Source: Cenococcum geophilum (lineage: Eukaryota). From it: a stretch of DNA of 64,000 bases. The stretch spans positions 6,634,001 through 6,698,000 of the forward strand of contig CP158636.1 in assembly GCA_050273025.1 (NCBI GenBank), given 5' to 3'. The notes beneath the pieces are model-generated. The model ran no database searches and had not been told where the DNA came from. It saw nothing but the letters and a program-made list of their open reading frames with translations. Position 1 is the stretch's first letter. Each line of letters starts with the position of its first letter. A program made the position numbers and the translations under genes. This document shows positions 23,184-37,202 of this stretch, piece by piece.

Positions 23184-26100
23184 TGTATAATTACAGCACC
23201 TGTTGTACCAAACGCGTGCTTACGCATTCGGTACACCAGGTACGCGTTTACGCGTTCAGTGCACCAACCACTCGCTTACGCGTCTGGTGCACTTATGAAG
23301 CACTAACTAATTAGGGGGGAGGTGCATCAGTATATAGACCACGTAGTCTGCTTTATACAATTAACAGTCACCACTATCCCAAAGAGCATACAATACTATA
23401 CGTATTTCGTGCCCCGGGATACAACTTACTCGTGCTATTAAGTTAGTACGAACACTAATTAGTAAGCGCGCACAGATTAGCAATCACTTGATACCTCCCC
23501 CCGAGCGATACACACGATAGCAACCACCCGTTTAGACTCCTAGTACGACCTACTAGAAGGTCGGAAGTTGGGGATTACGGACTTATTAATAACTCTATAT
23601 ACTTATTTAAGTCTTAGTACGGTTTACTAGAAGTTTATAGACGCGAATATAGACCTTTACAGAACCCCCTATCCTTAAACCCCTTAAACCTTAAACCCCT
23701 CTAGACCTTTTACGGAAACCCCCTGCCCTCCTACAAACTATTATGTACCTATTAATTACCTTTACGGACCATTATAAGACCTCTTAAACTATTATGGACC
23801 CGTTAATTGTTTTTACGGACCGTTATAAGACCTCCCCTACCCGTTATAAGCTACTACCACCCGCTACGTACTATACTACACAGTATGGCAGATATAAGTA
23901 AGCAGATTAATAAAGGTCGAGAGAAATAGAGACAAGGAGTTAACCTTACGTCTATAACTAATGTTGACAACTATATTAAGTATAAAATCCTTAAATACGG
24001 ATATTTTAAGCTTATAAATAACGACCTATAGGAGCAATACAAGGAAGACTTTATAGACTTTACGGAAGATATTCTTAAAGCTTGTAACCTTACTACTATC
24101 CGTAACCTACGAACCCTTTTACGTTACTAAGGTGTATAGGTTAAAAAGAATAAACGAGTTACTGTTATACGGTCCTTATATAATATAATACAGGAGGAGG
24201 ACCAAATGGAATAGACTAAAGAGGAAATCCTAAACTAGGTTAAAGTCACTAATAAACTCTTTACTTCTCCTAAACTTAATGGCATTACTAGCCTTATACC
24301 TAACCTACTTAACTAAATTCGTCCTATAAACCTAAGCGATTTTAGAATTAATTTTATGGGCTAAAGCATACCTAGTACTTAAGTTACGGACCATAATACC
24401 CCCATAAACCAAAATATGGACTAAAACCCTCCCGTTACCCAAGCTATAGATCTACAACCTACCTAAGTTATAGATCTAAAAACTACCTAAGTAAAGACCT
24501 ACGGTAAGGAGCTAGCTAACTTAGCTAAACTCTATACTAACAAATCCAAATACAGCGGTAAAAATAATAACTTTAACTTCAAACTAACCATCTTTACGAA
24601 CCTCTGTCAGAAGGCTAATATTTCTAAATAGGAGTTTAGCTAAGCCTACTCTACCATGCTGCGCGGCCTAGCACTTAACCACTACTACACCAACCTTAAG
24701 AATAACCCCCTTGGTGTTCCCTTTAATAAGCTATATAAAGCCACACGCAACTACTTTAAAGGACTAGAATATAAGCGTAATATCCTTACCCAATAGAATG
24801 CGACTAAGTTACGGACCGTAATGGACAAGAACACTAAAAAATCAACTATAGAGTGCCTATAAATCCTTATTAAAGACCTCCGCCACCTACAGCACGGTTT
24901 TAATATTAAGCTTTAAACGGACGACTTCCTATATAATAAACTTATTACGGCTTGCTAGAAAATAGAACCTTGTAAATACGCCTATTATAAGCCCGCAGAC
25001 ACCGTAGCTAGCCTTATTAACGATTTACGGTCCTCTATTATAATGTATAAAGCTTTAAACCCGCCAGGTAGTACTTAAGCCTTCGTTACAGACCTATAAA
25101 ATCTATAAACTAACTTAGATGCCTACTTTATAGACCGCCGCTACCACTAGCAGCACCCGCATCGACTAGGTCCTACCCGTAACCCCCGCACCAACTCCCG
25201 TATAAAAGCATACCCCTACAGACAAACCAATTAGAGGTGCTTTATATGTAGTAAGAAAGGATATTAGTTTATAAAGTATACCTAGGAAGAACGTAATAAG
25301 TCTAAGAAGAGATTTAACAATCAGATTAACTAGTTTATCTTAGACTATAAAGGAGAGGAAGTGGAGGAGTCCCTTAACAAGTTAATGGAAGCCCTTATAA
25401 TCGACTTTAACTTAGATACTTAGAAACAGGAGACCTCAGAGACGTTCTTAACCACTTTTAGACCTTTTACGGACGGCTAAGCCTTTAATATTACGACTAT
25501 ATTAGCCGACCGCTCCTTTATACACTTAATTACACCCAAAAACCAGCCCGTAAATACACCCGTTAGACCCGTTACGGACGTTACGGACCGCGAACAGGAC
25601 CTATTTACATATATTACTATAGAACGCTATACCCCTAAAGAATTCTATAGCGTTATAATCGATACAGGTGCCTTTAAAAAGTCTACTATAGGTTATAGAT
25701 AGTACCTTATATATAAGACCACCATAAATAACAATACGGATATTAATACTATGCAAACTGGGGCTATAAACGTCTAATTCGGCATTGGCTTAACCGTATT
25801 AATTAAATTAGTTAAAGTTAAGACTCCAATTAGCCTAGTTAACTTCCACATAGTAAAAGCGGATACCCCTTTCTTACTTTGCCTTGCGGACATAGATAGG
25901 TTATAGGTTTACTACAACAATATTACGGATACCTTAATCAGCCCCGTAACTGCCCTAGGAAGTAAGTATATTACCCTGCCAATTATACAACAATTTAGAC
26001 ACCTATTCCTTATATAGGGAGAGACTTTATAGACCTATATTTAGGAATCTTTCGACTATAACCCGTGCTACCTTACTAGTATAGAGATCTACTGTCTATA

Positions 26101-29100
26101 CCGCCGTTTCGGCTACCTGTTAGCTAAAAAGCTATATAGAGTCCTTGAACGCTCTAGACACGACAACGTTAATAGGAAGGCAGTTAATTACCTAACTAAA
26201 TACTGCTCCTTTTGCTAGAAATATGGACGTTCCCTAGGCCGATTTAAGTTCACCCTTTATAAGGACCTTAACTTCAACCACTCAGTATATATAGATATTA
26301 TGTATATTAACGGCAGCCTAGTATTATATATAATTAACGAGGCAACCCACTACTAAGCCGCCTATTAGTTGCAAAATATATCCACAAAGTATACTTGGGA
26401 TATTTTACAGACCTACTAGATTAATACGTACGTTAGACCTCCTAAGTATATCACCCACAACGCTAGTAGGAACTTCATTAGTAAGGAATTCCAGTAGTAT
26501 GCTATAGCCATGGCTATATCAATAAAAGCTATTCCAGTTAAGGCGTATTAGTCTATTAGGCTTATTAAGCGAGCTTACCCAGCTCTATAAAGAGCTTATT
26601 AGATTATTACGGACAAATATAAGGATATCTAAAAGGAACTGGCTTTACAGATGGCCGTAAAAGCTATTAACAACACTACTGGCCCTAACGGACTAGTACC
26701 CACCCTCTTAGTTTATGGAGCCTACCCAAGGATAAGCAACCTAGGCCCCCCTACCCCGTCTATTATGGAACGAGCAGCTATAATACGGAAGGTAATAGCC
26801 GAAATAGTTAAATTACGGGCTAAATAAACTATTAATAACGCCCTATACTACCGTAACGGACCTAATACGACCTTAGTATATAACCTCCCGCTTAACTCTA
26901 AAGTCCTTATATGGCGTAAAAGCGGCAGTTAGAATGGACCTTACCGTCTACTAGCCGTAGAAAACGAGACGTGCTGCGTATAGCTTCCTAGCGGGCTAAC
27001 TAGCTTTAAAAGCACGTCCGTAAAACCCTACTTTTAGCCTAAAAATACCTATAATATTAAGCCAGACGAACTAGAAACAACCGCCAAACCAGACGAACCA
27101 GAAATAACTACCGAATTAGATAAACTAGAGCACCCTTGCCTACCCTAGAGGTCCCCTAGAAACCTACTAAACCTATTAAACCTACCATAAAGCGTGGCCG
27201 AGGATGCCCCTGTAAGAATCCCGTAACGGAGAACTACTTAACCTCCATAAGTATATCCGCAAAGTAATCTCCGCCTACGGATATATTAGTTCTAATATAG
27301 GAAACCCCTTTTACGGACTTACGGCGTAAAGAGATTAACGGACTACTTAAAAAGGGTATCTTTGCGATTATAACAGAGAGAGATATTCTGTAAGGCGTCC
27401 GTATATTTAACTTACACTTTATTAATAAGATTAAGCACCCTAGTACTAATAAAGCCTTTAAGAAATTAAGGCTTATTATACAAGCTTATAACAACTAGGG
27501 AAAGGACTTAGTCCTTATATAATCGCCTACAATTTAACGGGTTAGTTAACGGATTATACTTATACTTACGCCTAGACTACAGCAAACTAAATCCGTAGCC
27601 CTTTACTTATGGGACATCTTATAAGCCTACGTGCAGTCTAATACCTACCTAAGTAGGGATATCTTTATACGACCACCCTATAAGCTTAACCTATAACTAG
27701 GAACAATTTTACAGGTTATAAAACCTCTTTATAGAGTACTAGAAGCCAAAAACCATTAATTTAAGATATACTACTAGCATTACGTTAGTAAACTTAAAAT
27801 GGAACAGTTAACCTATAACCCCTACCTCCTATACAGCCCATCGAACGGCCTTAGTATTATTAGACTCCAAATAAATAATACCCTCTTCTTAGCAGACCGG
27901 ATATTTGTAGACACTAAAGAGACTAAACTATAAGAAGCTAAGTTCCTAGTAAAGCTGTAAGAGCAGTTAACTAAGCAGACTCTAATTAAGTTTAATAGAG
28001 GCTTAATTATATAAAAGGGCAACTTAATTTAGCTAACCCAGGAATGCTAAGCTTAAAACCTAAAGCTTATTATAGCAAAGCCTATAGACCTTACTAGTTC
28101 CCGCAGAGAGACCTATAAAACCGTAAATATAAAGGACTAATACGCTATATAGCGTGCAAGAGGCGCCTATATTACCACAGTCTGCCAACCCAAATCTACC
28201 TATGACTTGTCCTTTACGGCCTAGGCAGTAGATCTATAAAAAGAAAATATTAAGTAGCTTAATAAGCGCCTTCAGTGGCAAATTAACAATGCAGTAAGGG
28301 GACTTACTTTTATACCATTAGACCTAAGTTCCCTTAGCTTACTAGCATTTATAAACGCCTCCTTTACTAATAATAAAGACCTATTATTACAAATCGGCTT
28401 TATAATTGTACTTATGGACTATAATTAGGACGTAAATATACTATACTAGTCTTTAATTAAGTGCAAACGAGTAACCCGTAATATACTAGCTTCTAAACTA
28501 TATACACTAGCTTATAGATTTAATATAGCAGCCGCAATCAAATTAACGGTCTAGAAGATTCTACAACTAGAGCAGTTACCCCTGGTTTTATGCACCAATT
28601 TAAAGTCCCTTTACGACTGCCTAGTTAAACTAGGTACAATATAAGAGAAGAGGCTTATAGTCGACTTAATATGCTTACGTCAGGCCTATAAACGACGTAA
28701 GATTATAGAGGTTAAATAGATCAGCAGCGGAGACAACTTAGTAGACGCCATAACTAAGGCAAAGCCGTATTAAGCCCTTAAAACCCTAATTAACACAAAT
28801 AAGCTTAACCTAAAAGTTATAGAATAAGTAGAACGGGACTAACGGAGTACCTACGGTACGCCTACGGCCCGTTAGAAGGCCGTACGGCTTATTATACGGC
28901 CTATTCTACGGACCGTAAGCTATTAGGTAGAAAAACGGTGGAAAGCTATAATAGAACTTGGTAGACTTACGTAACCTGCCAAATTCTGCTATATTCTACC
29001 ATAGTAGTCAAATTAACCAATCACGATTTTCCATACCAGGCATAGAAAATCGCCATTAGCTCGCTTAGCACTAGCGCCTTAGCAGCCCTCAAAATCTAAC

Positions 29101-29582
29101 TTATAGCTCGTCTACTGCCCGTTAAAAGGCCGTACGGTTTATTTTACGGACCGTAAGCAGGACTTACGGCCAGCTTAAGGTACCGTTTAGAAGGCAGCCT
29201 AAACGGCATCTTAGGGGAGATTTCCTATGTATTTTCCTTTATGTTCTATGGTTTTATTAAAGCAATTACGGAGGCTATACATAGGTGGTTTCATTTTTTA
29301 AGTACTGCTAGTGTATAATTACAGCACCTGTTATACCAAACGCGTGCTTACGCGTTCGGTACACCAGGTACGCGTTTACGCGTTCAGTACACCAACCACT
29401 CGCTTACGCGTCTAGTGCACTTATAAAGCACTAACTAATTAAGGGGGAGGTGCATCAGTATATAGACCACGTAGTCTGCTTTATACAATCGACAGTCACC
29501 ACCATCCTAAAGAGCATACAATACTATACGTATTTCGTGCCCCGGGATACAACTTACTCGTGCTATTAAGTTAGTACGAACA
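23184..29582 (+). mobile_element. Full-length Ty1/Copia LTR retrotransposon A2 (same family as A1)
   Basis: 271-bp LTRs at 23184-23454 and 29312-29582. TSD CTAAG at 23179-23183 and 29583-29587. RIPped gag-pol ~23885-28842 with IDTGA (~25660) and RRFG (~26105). Confidence 0.95.
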
Positions 29583-32262
29583 CTAAGCTATTACTGTAGG
29601 GTTTAATATATATTACCCTAATTCCCTAGTTTTTTAGGGAGACCGTAAGGAATACAGCTATTAGAAGATGTAAATCCGCAAGAAACTAACCTAAAGCGCC
29701 TACCTTTTTCCTACGGAAGACACTAAGATTAGTTATATTATTAGGCGAATAAAGGGTATACTATTTAATAGGCTCTTTACTTAATGGGAGACTAATAGCC
29801 CCTAAAAGTGGCAGTCCTATTAGGAAGTCCTTAATAATCTTAACCTAATATATCGCGACTATAACCTATTAGCTATTAGCTAAGCTAAACTATATACCCT
29901 AAAGATAAACTCTATTAAATTATTTAATAAATTTTATATTAAATTTTAGAAATATACCGGAGCCCTTGCCTAAGATAATACCGAAGACTAAAAGGACCTC
30001 CTTAAAAAAGTTACTTATTGCCTTAGCTACGCAGCCGCTAGCTATAACTATAACGATATTTATAATATAGTAGCAGCTCTACGGAAGATTAAATAACGAC
30101 TAAATTAGATTACTACTACTAACTTTTACCTAAAAACCTCTTTATAGAAGCCTTCTGGGCCTACTAAACCTATATATATTAAGCCACCGATATTTACTAC
30201 CTTAAGTACTACTAGAGCCAATATCGATTTCTTTATACTAACCTTTCTATAAAAACTCCTAGATAGAGAGTATAAGCTACTTTAGAAACTAAGACGCTGC
30301 TATAAATGCCGTTAAAAAGGCTGCTATTATAATAACCTAAACTGCCTAATAGCTATGTTTAATAGCTATTGCCTAATACCTAGCCTAATACCCTAAATAC
30401 CAAATATGTTGCTATATACTACTACTATATAAGATAAAGACGTAGTAATAGCAATAGAGTTAGATATAAAAGCGGAAAACGCTAAATCCTAGCTCTAAGT
30501 TGCGGGTTAGGACGCCCTAATAACGAAGGGATCTATATATTAGCTTGCTTAATAAATAACTTAGTAAAGATAAATAAATAAAAATAGATAGTTTTACCTA
30601 TAATAGGAACTACTGCTAAATAATAATATAAAAGCCGTTTTATAATTAATTACGGAGCTATTAATAAATTTATAAATACTTAATTTATATATACTTATAA
30701 ACTATCTACCTTACCCCTTATTAAAGTCCGCGCCCTATAACTTGCTAATAGTAGTTATACTATATAGAAGATTACCTATATAGTATAACTTTACCTAGAT
30801 ATAAATGGGCATTAGGAAAAACTCTAGGCCTATATTATACTACTTACCAACTACCCTATTATTCTTAGAATAAACTAGCTTAAATAATATAACCCCGCTA
30901 TTAACTAGAAGAAGAGAGAAGTAACCTTTAACTCTAAATACTATAGAGAGACTTGCCTAGGGCATAGCCTAGCCACCTCTATTTACTCCCTAGGATATTA
31001 ACCTACGGAACCCCTTATTACCCCACCTATAACTAATTACTACTATATAGTATATAGGAAAGGCTAAACCATTGCTATAGCTTCCTAATTATAACTATAT
31101 AAGCTTAATAAAAAATAGAATTGCGTTCTCTATAGTAATAGGATAGACATAGTTAACCTTTTAGAAGATATCGCCCCTATGGAACTCTACGGACTTTTAC
31201 CTTTAGACTTTAAGAAGTTTATAAAGCTTAAAAAAAAACTTACTAACGAAGAACTCTATAAGCTCCTCCCTAAGAGGTACTATAACTTTACTAATATATA
31301 CTTATAAAAGGGCGTAGATATACTCCCCCTATATTAACCTAACAACTATACTATTAATATTAAATAAGGAAAAATGCTACCTTATAAAAGACCCTACCTA
31401 ATATTAAAAGATAAACTTCTAGTTATAAAAAAGTATATTAACAAGCACCTTAATAAAGGGTTCATTCGCCCTAGCATATCCCTAGCAGCCGCCCCTATCC
31501 TCCTTACTAAAAAGCTAGGAGGAGGTATTTAATTCTACGTTAACTATAGAGGACTTAACGCTATTATAATTAAAAACTAATACCTAGTACCGCTTATACG
31601 TAAGACCCTTAAGCGGCTTAGTTAAGCTAAAATCTATACTAAGCTTAATATTATTGCCGCCTTTAACTATTTCTAAATACAGGAAGGTAATAAATAGAAA
31701 ACCATATTTGCATCGCGCTTTGGCTAATTTAAATATACTATTATGCCCTTTAGCGTATATAACGGCCTAGGCACCTTTTAAAGCTATATTAATAACGCCT
31801 TATAGGACTACCTTAATGACTTCTGCTCTGCGTACCTAGATAATATACTTATTTATAATAATAACCCTTTTAAGTATACTAAACACATTTAAAAGGTCCT
31901 ATAGCGCCTTAAGGACGTAGGACTTTATATTAATTTAAAGAAATATAAATTCTTAGTTATAGAAGTAAAATACCTTAAACTAATTATTACTACTAAGGGT
32001 ATCTATATAGACCCTAAGAAAGTACGCATAATTACTAAATAGTAAGCCTCTAATTATATTAAGGACGTATAAGCCTTCCTTAGTTTTGCTAACTTCTTAG
32101 GCGTAGTAGTACTATATATAGCAATAATGCGAATAAAGGGCCTTTCTGTAAAAGGAAGAAAAATATACCTACGCTTTACCTAGATGCCTAAATACAAGAA
32201 GGCGTTCTAAGACCTTAAAAATGCCTTTACTAAAGTATTTATTTTAGCTTACTTTATACTAG

Positions 32263-32524
32263 TGTAGTGGTGTAGATTGGACGTCGCCTACTATCTTGGC
32301 ATTTTCCTATATTTATAAAGCCTTCGGCTTCCTTCCTTCTTCCCTCTATTATATATATTATGACTCTACCAGTTACCGGAAATACACTCCTTTCTTTCTT
32401 TCTTACTGACTGTTCTACTGACTAATTACAACCAACCGACTAACCGACCGACCGACCGACTGGCAGACTGACTGACTGACAGCACTGTGACTTTCCTATC
32501 TTAAAGAGGTCGTACCCTCCCACA
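32263..32524. mobile_element. Solo LTR H with 4-bp TSD, inside pol of G
   Basis: TGTAG...CCACA ends; CTAG on both sides (32259-32262, 32525-32528). Removing it restores the pol frame. Contains an (ACCG/ACTG)n tract. Confidence 0.8.
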
Positions 32525-35500
32525 CTAGGACGATAACTCTATTTTAAAACCGACTCCTTAGACCACATTAATGCAGGCGTCCTCTTTTAGATAGGTAATA
32601 ATAGTCTCCTTTACCTAGTCGCATTCTGCTTGCCTAAGCTTATACTATAAGAGTGTAACTATAAGATCTATAATAAAGAACTCCTTATAATTGTATAAGT
32701 GTTTAAAGAATTCTAATTAGAACTCTCCTTAGTAGAGCCTAACTAGCTAACTAAAGTCTTTACAGACTATTGTAATCTTAAGTACTTTATAACTATAAAG
32801 TAGCTAAATTAACGCCAGGTACATTAGAACGAGTTCTTCTTTAGTTTTAACTTTAAAATTGTATATAGACTAGGAGTATAAAGTACTAAACCTAATAGCC
32901 TAATACGCCGCTTATAAGACCTTCCTTAGTTTAAAAATAACCCCTATAATTAGTTCTAATAATAGATAATCCTAAAAGCACAAAATTTGGCCTTAGGTAT
33001 ACTACCTATAATAGAGCTAACTATACCTTAGCTTTATAACATAGAACTAGAGTTACCTCCTAAAATTAATAAGCTTATTACTACGGTATATAACACCTCT
33101 GTTAACCTATTACTGTATTAACTTATTGCCGTAAAGACTGCCGGCGCCTATACGCTGCCTACTAACCTCTAAAGCTTAGGCTAAATTAATATAGTAGCCT
33201 TAGAAGTAAAAGAGAATAGGCTCTATTATAGAGGCCGCCTATTTATCCCTAACTTAGAAAATCTATAACGGTAACTAATCTAAATAGCCTATAACCTTTA
33301 GTTAAGCGGCCACTTAGGCAAAGGAGGAACCTATAAGCCCCTTAGCCGATACTACTTTTGGCTAAAAATAATAGACTTAGTTAAATACTTTATAGGCGCC
33401 TGCTATAGTTATAAGCGCGTTAAGGCCTTTAATATAAAGTACTAAGGACTACTATACCCTTTACTAGTACCTATACGATAATAGGCAGATATTGCTATAG
33501 ATTTCGTTATTAACCTACTACCCTATAAACAACACGGCTATACCTATAAGAATATCCTTATAATAATATGCCGACTTATAAAAGAGCGCCACTACGTCCT
33601 AACTAAAGGCGTAGCCGTTAGTGACGTTAGTAACGCCTTCTTTCGCGAAGTTTATTAACTATATAGGTTACCTTACTTAATTACGTCCGACTAAGGTATA
33701 TAATTTAACTCTGATGTATAGAGACGAATCTGCTAACGCCTTAGTATCTCCGTTAAGATGTCTATATTCTTTTATTATAAAACTACTAGGTAATCGGAAA
33801 CCGCTAATACTGGTATAAAAGCGTACCTATAATAGGTAGTTGCCTATAGTTAAGATAACTGGGTAGATTATCTCCTACTAGGTAAATTCGTAGCAAATAA
33901 CTATGTCTTAACTACTATAGGACTTACCCCGTTCTTCGCGAATAAGGGTTATTACCCCTAATTAGGTATAGAGCTACTAGAACCTATTAATAAGAAACTA
34001 CTATATAGAAAACGCCTTAAGATACTACTTGCAAACTAGCATATAGACCGTATAAAAAATCTACTCAACTACTATAAGGGAGAAATGGCCTAGACTTAAG
34101 TAAAGTAGGCCTACTTTACTAACTGTTATAGAACGCTACCACCAGAGATACGTATTGGCGACTAGGTATAGCTAGATATACGCAATATCTCTATATAGAG
34201 GCCTATAAAGTTACTTAATTATAAGAACCTTAGCCCCTATCTAATTAAATAAGTTATTAATAGGGGAGCCGTATATAAGCTAGAACTCCCACCTACCCTA
34301 GCTACTTATAGGATATAGCCTATATTTTACCTATAGCTATTATACCTCTATTAGCCTAACCCCTTACTAGGGCAGATATAGCCTAAACCCCTACTAGTAC
34401 TAATCTAAGATAAGAATAAAGATAAGAACTATAAGGAGTGGATTATTAAACGAATTATTAACTCTAAATACTTTGGCAAAGGTAGAGGACAATGGCTCTA
34501 CTACAGAGCTATATATACAGGATTTGATATAAATTAGCCAGAATAGCAACTATAGGAAGACTTTAAAAATGCAAAGGATTTAATTAGCGACTTTTACTAC
34601 GCAAACTTATAGAAACTAGGCCTAAGCAAAGATTTTATACCTAATCCTCTATAAAAGCCCTTATAGAGTTAAACTGTTATATATTGCTACGTAAGGGCAA
34701 ATTGCCGTTAGATTGTTGTTAGATTGCGGTAAAGTGCGATTATATAACTAAAATATTATTAAGATGTCTAGGAACTTTAACTGGCGGTTAAAGTTATCTA
34801 ATTAGTTAGATTTTTAGATGCCAAGCCTTATTATATAACGTTATTTTAAGCCTTTAGTAATACCCCCCTTTTCCTCTTTTCTATATCTTAAGTGTACCTT
34901 TTATATATATATAGTAACCACAGCGTCGCCAGAGCTCCGCCTCTATAGGAGGGGGGGGGTAGTATTATAGAACCCCACCGTAGGGGCCTCTATAGAAGAA
35001 CTCCGTACTCTTATATATACCTCGCGTATAGCTTATATCAGCTACGCGTAAGTATATTACCTCCTTACGCCCTTGACCCTTATGATTGATTGCGTAACGT
35101 TTTATAAACTCCTTAAATATATACGCTCTATAGCCACTGCCCCCGTCCTATAATAGGCTGTTACGATATAATAATAAGAAGATACTTCCTTATAGACAAG
35201 CTATATATACTCTAGCAGCTATACTAAAAGTAGTATAGGTAACGATATAATGATAAGTAGGAAGATTTCTATATATAGTTAGATAAGCGAGTTATCTAAA
35301 ACCACCTAATTACTAAAAAGGCTATAACTTATATTAAGAGAGCCTTAATTATAATGTTAAAAGATCTAAAGGAATAATTAGAGGACTAGAGGAGTAAGAG
35401 ATATATCTTAGTACCCGCGAATAAAGTTATAATATTTAGATTAATATAGTAAAGGTTTAAACTTAAAGATAAAGATAAGTTAAGAGTTAACCTAAAGCAC

Positions 35501-36990
35501 CTAATATACTATATGTTATTATAGATTACATGCGTAGATAATATATATAAAATATATAAAAATCTAAAAAAAAAAAAGAAATTAAAAGTACCCTATAGGA
35601 ATATATTAGGCGCTAGATGGGCAATAGTATAGAAATACTAAGTATATACATAGATAGCATCTAGTAGAAGTTTAAAAGTTAGAAAACTTAATACTTTAAC
35701 TAAAAAGATTTCTTATAGAAAAATACTTAGACAGATAATAGTAGTAGGAATGCTTAAAGAATACGTTTCTATAGTATATTAAAGATAAAAAGTAAGCTAA
35801 GTATATAAGGATTTAGTAGCTAATAGTTAGGAAAAGTAGAGGCCTATAAAACTAGAGGGAGCCAATAGTAAAGCCTTAAACCCTTAAAAGAATTTAAGAA
35901 TAATACCTAAATTTATAAATTAATTAGTAAAATTAGTAGTTTAAAGCACTAATAGATAGTAGAGTAATAAGGAACTATATCTTATTAGCGGTAGTTAAAA
36001 AAAATAGAATTACCATATAGATAAAAGGAGTAATTTTACCTATTAGTTATAATTTTAGGAGATCTAATAGCCTATAAAGGAGGCATTATTAACCTTAAAA
36101 TAGGACCTATTTAGATAACTATTAAAGGAAGATAAATTAAGATGTTTTTTAATATCCTATTATTAGAATAGGATGAGGCGGTATTAAAGATGCCTTAGTT
36201 ATAGGAATATAATCTAAAGATTAATTAGATTATAGGTTAGTGTCAGTATACTTACTTTATTAACGTGCACGAATATTACTTGTAGTGGTACGTATGCGGT
36301 ATTAAAGTTAGTAATTGGTTGTTAATAGAAGAAAGGGGTTGCTCCAAGGTCAGACAGTTAGTCTCGCTTCGTAGTCTTATAACTACGTCACGTAATTAAC
36401 GTTCCGACACTAGAGCAACTCTAAAGAAAAGGCTAATCTACACTCCAAAGTTAAGTCTTTTAGACTACTCGTAGCGTATACGTAATAGCTAGCTCTTCCG
36501 TCTATAATACGCAATAGCTAAAGATCTAATCGATACGTAATAATCTGCCAAATTCTGCCAAAATTCTGCCAAATTCTGCTATGCCGTTAAACCAGCCAAT
36601 TAGGATTTTTCATCCCCGGGATAGAAAATTGCTATTAGTTCGCCCGCCACTAGCGCCTTAGCGGTTAGCTCTGCATAGTCCGAGCTTATTACACCTAGTT
36701 AAACCAAAGCTAACTCTGTTCGTTTAACCTACCCTATAGCCTATAATTTAACCTTTGTCATAGCGTCCGCAGGGTTAGTATCTCCATTAATATTAATTAT
36801 TAAGCGTTTCTTTTACGTAGTTCCTTGTCAAATAAGACAGTTGTATAAAGACTTTAAATCAGTATAGAGAATTGCGGATATTGCGAATATTGCGGATATT
36901 GTCAATATTACGGATCTTGCGGATATTGCAGATATTAGACACTGCGGATATTAGACACTAGTGTCTTAGCGGTGCAAACAGGTAGGCGTG

Positions 36991-37202
36991 TGTAAGGTAT
37001 TATGGGTAGTCCTATAATACCATCTTAGCTACATCCTAGGAGCTCTTAGGGCTGCTAAGGGTAGCCTTCGGCTAGGCCTTAGCCACCCCCTATAAGCTCT
37101 TTAGGCTTACAGCCTCCTTCCTCCCCTATTAGTTCGTCTCTCTCTTTCTCCTATATAAGGGTATTGCCTACTTCCTACCATACACCTAGGTAATGCCTTA
37201 TA
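36991..37202 (+). mobile_element. Solo LTR related to family E, inside C
   Basis: TGTAAGG...CCTTATA ends. Internal blocks (GCTCTTAGGG, GCCTTCGGCTAG, TTAGGCTTACAGCC) match the E LTR. Flanks GCGTG and GTTTA do not form a TSD. Confidence 0.75.

Larger units (their letters stand above)
22130..35155 (+). mobile_element. Ty3/Gypsy chromovirus G (~6.4 kb native), RIP-degenerate; interrupted by A2 and solo LTR H
   Basis: 193-bp LTRs at 22130-22322 and 34963-35155. TSD GGCTA/GGCTG (one RIP-type change). G-run PPT at ~34947-34959. RT ~31450-32000 (MPF, YLDNILIY), RNase H ~32540-32850, integrase ~33300-33960, chromodomain ~34435-34610. Confidence 0.95.

Noticed and set aside
23300..23315. LTR-internal match (GCACTAACTAATTAG) complementary to the post-LTR motif of family A, suggesting self-priming
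   Set aside because: The core is a palindrome that RIP generates easily, it lies upstream of the likely TATA box, and families B and C lack an equivalent.
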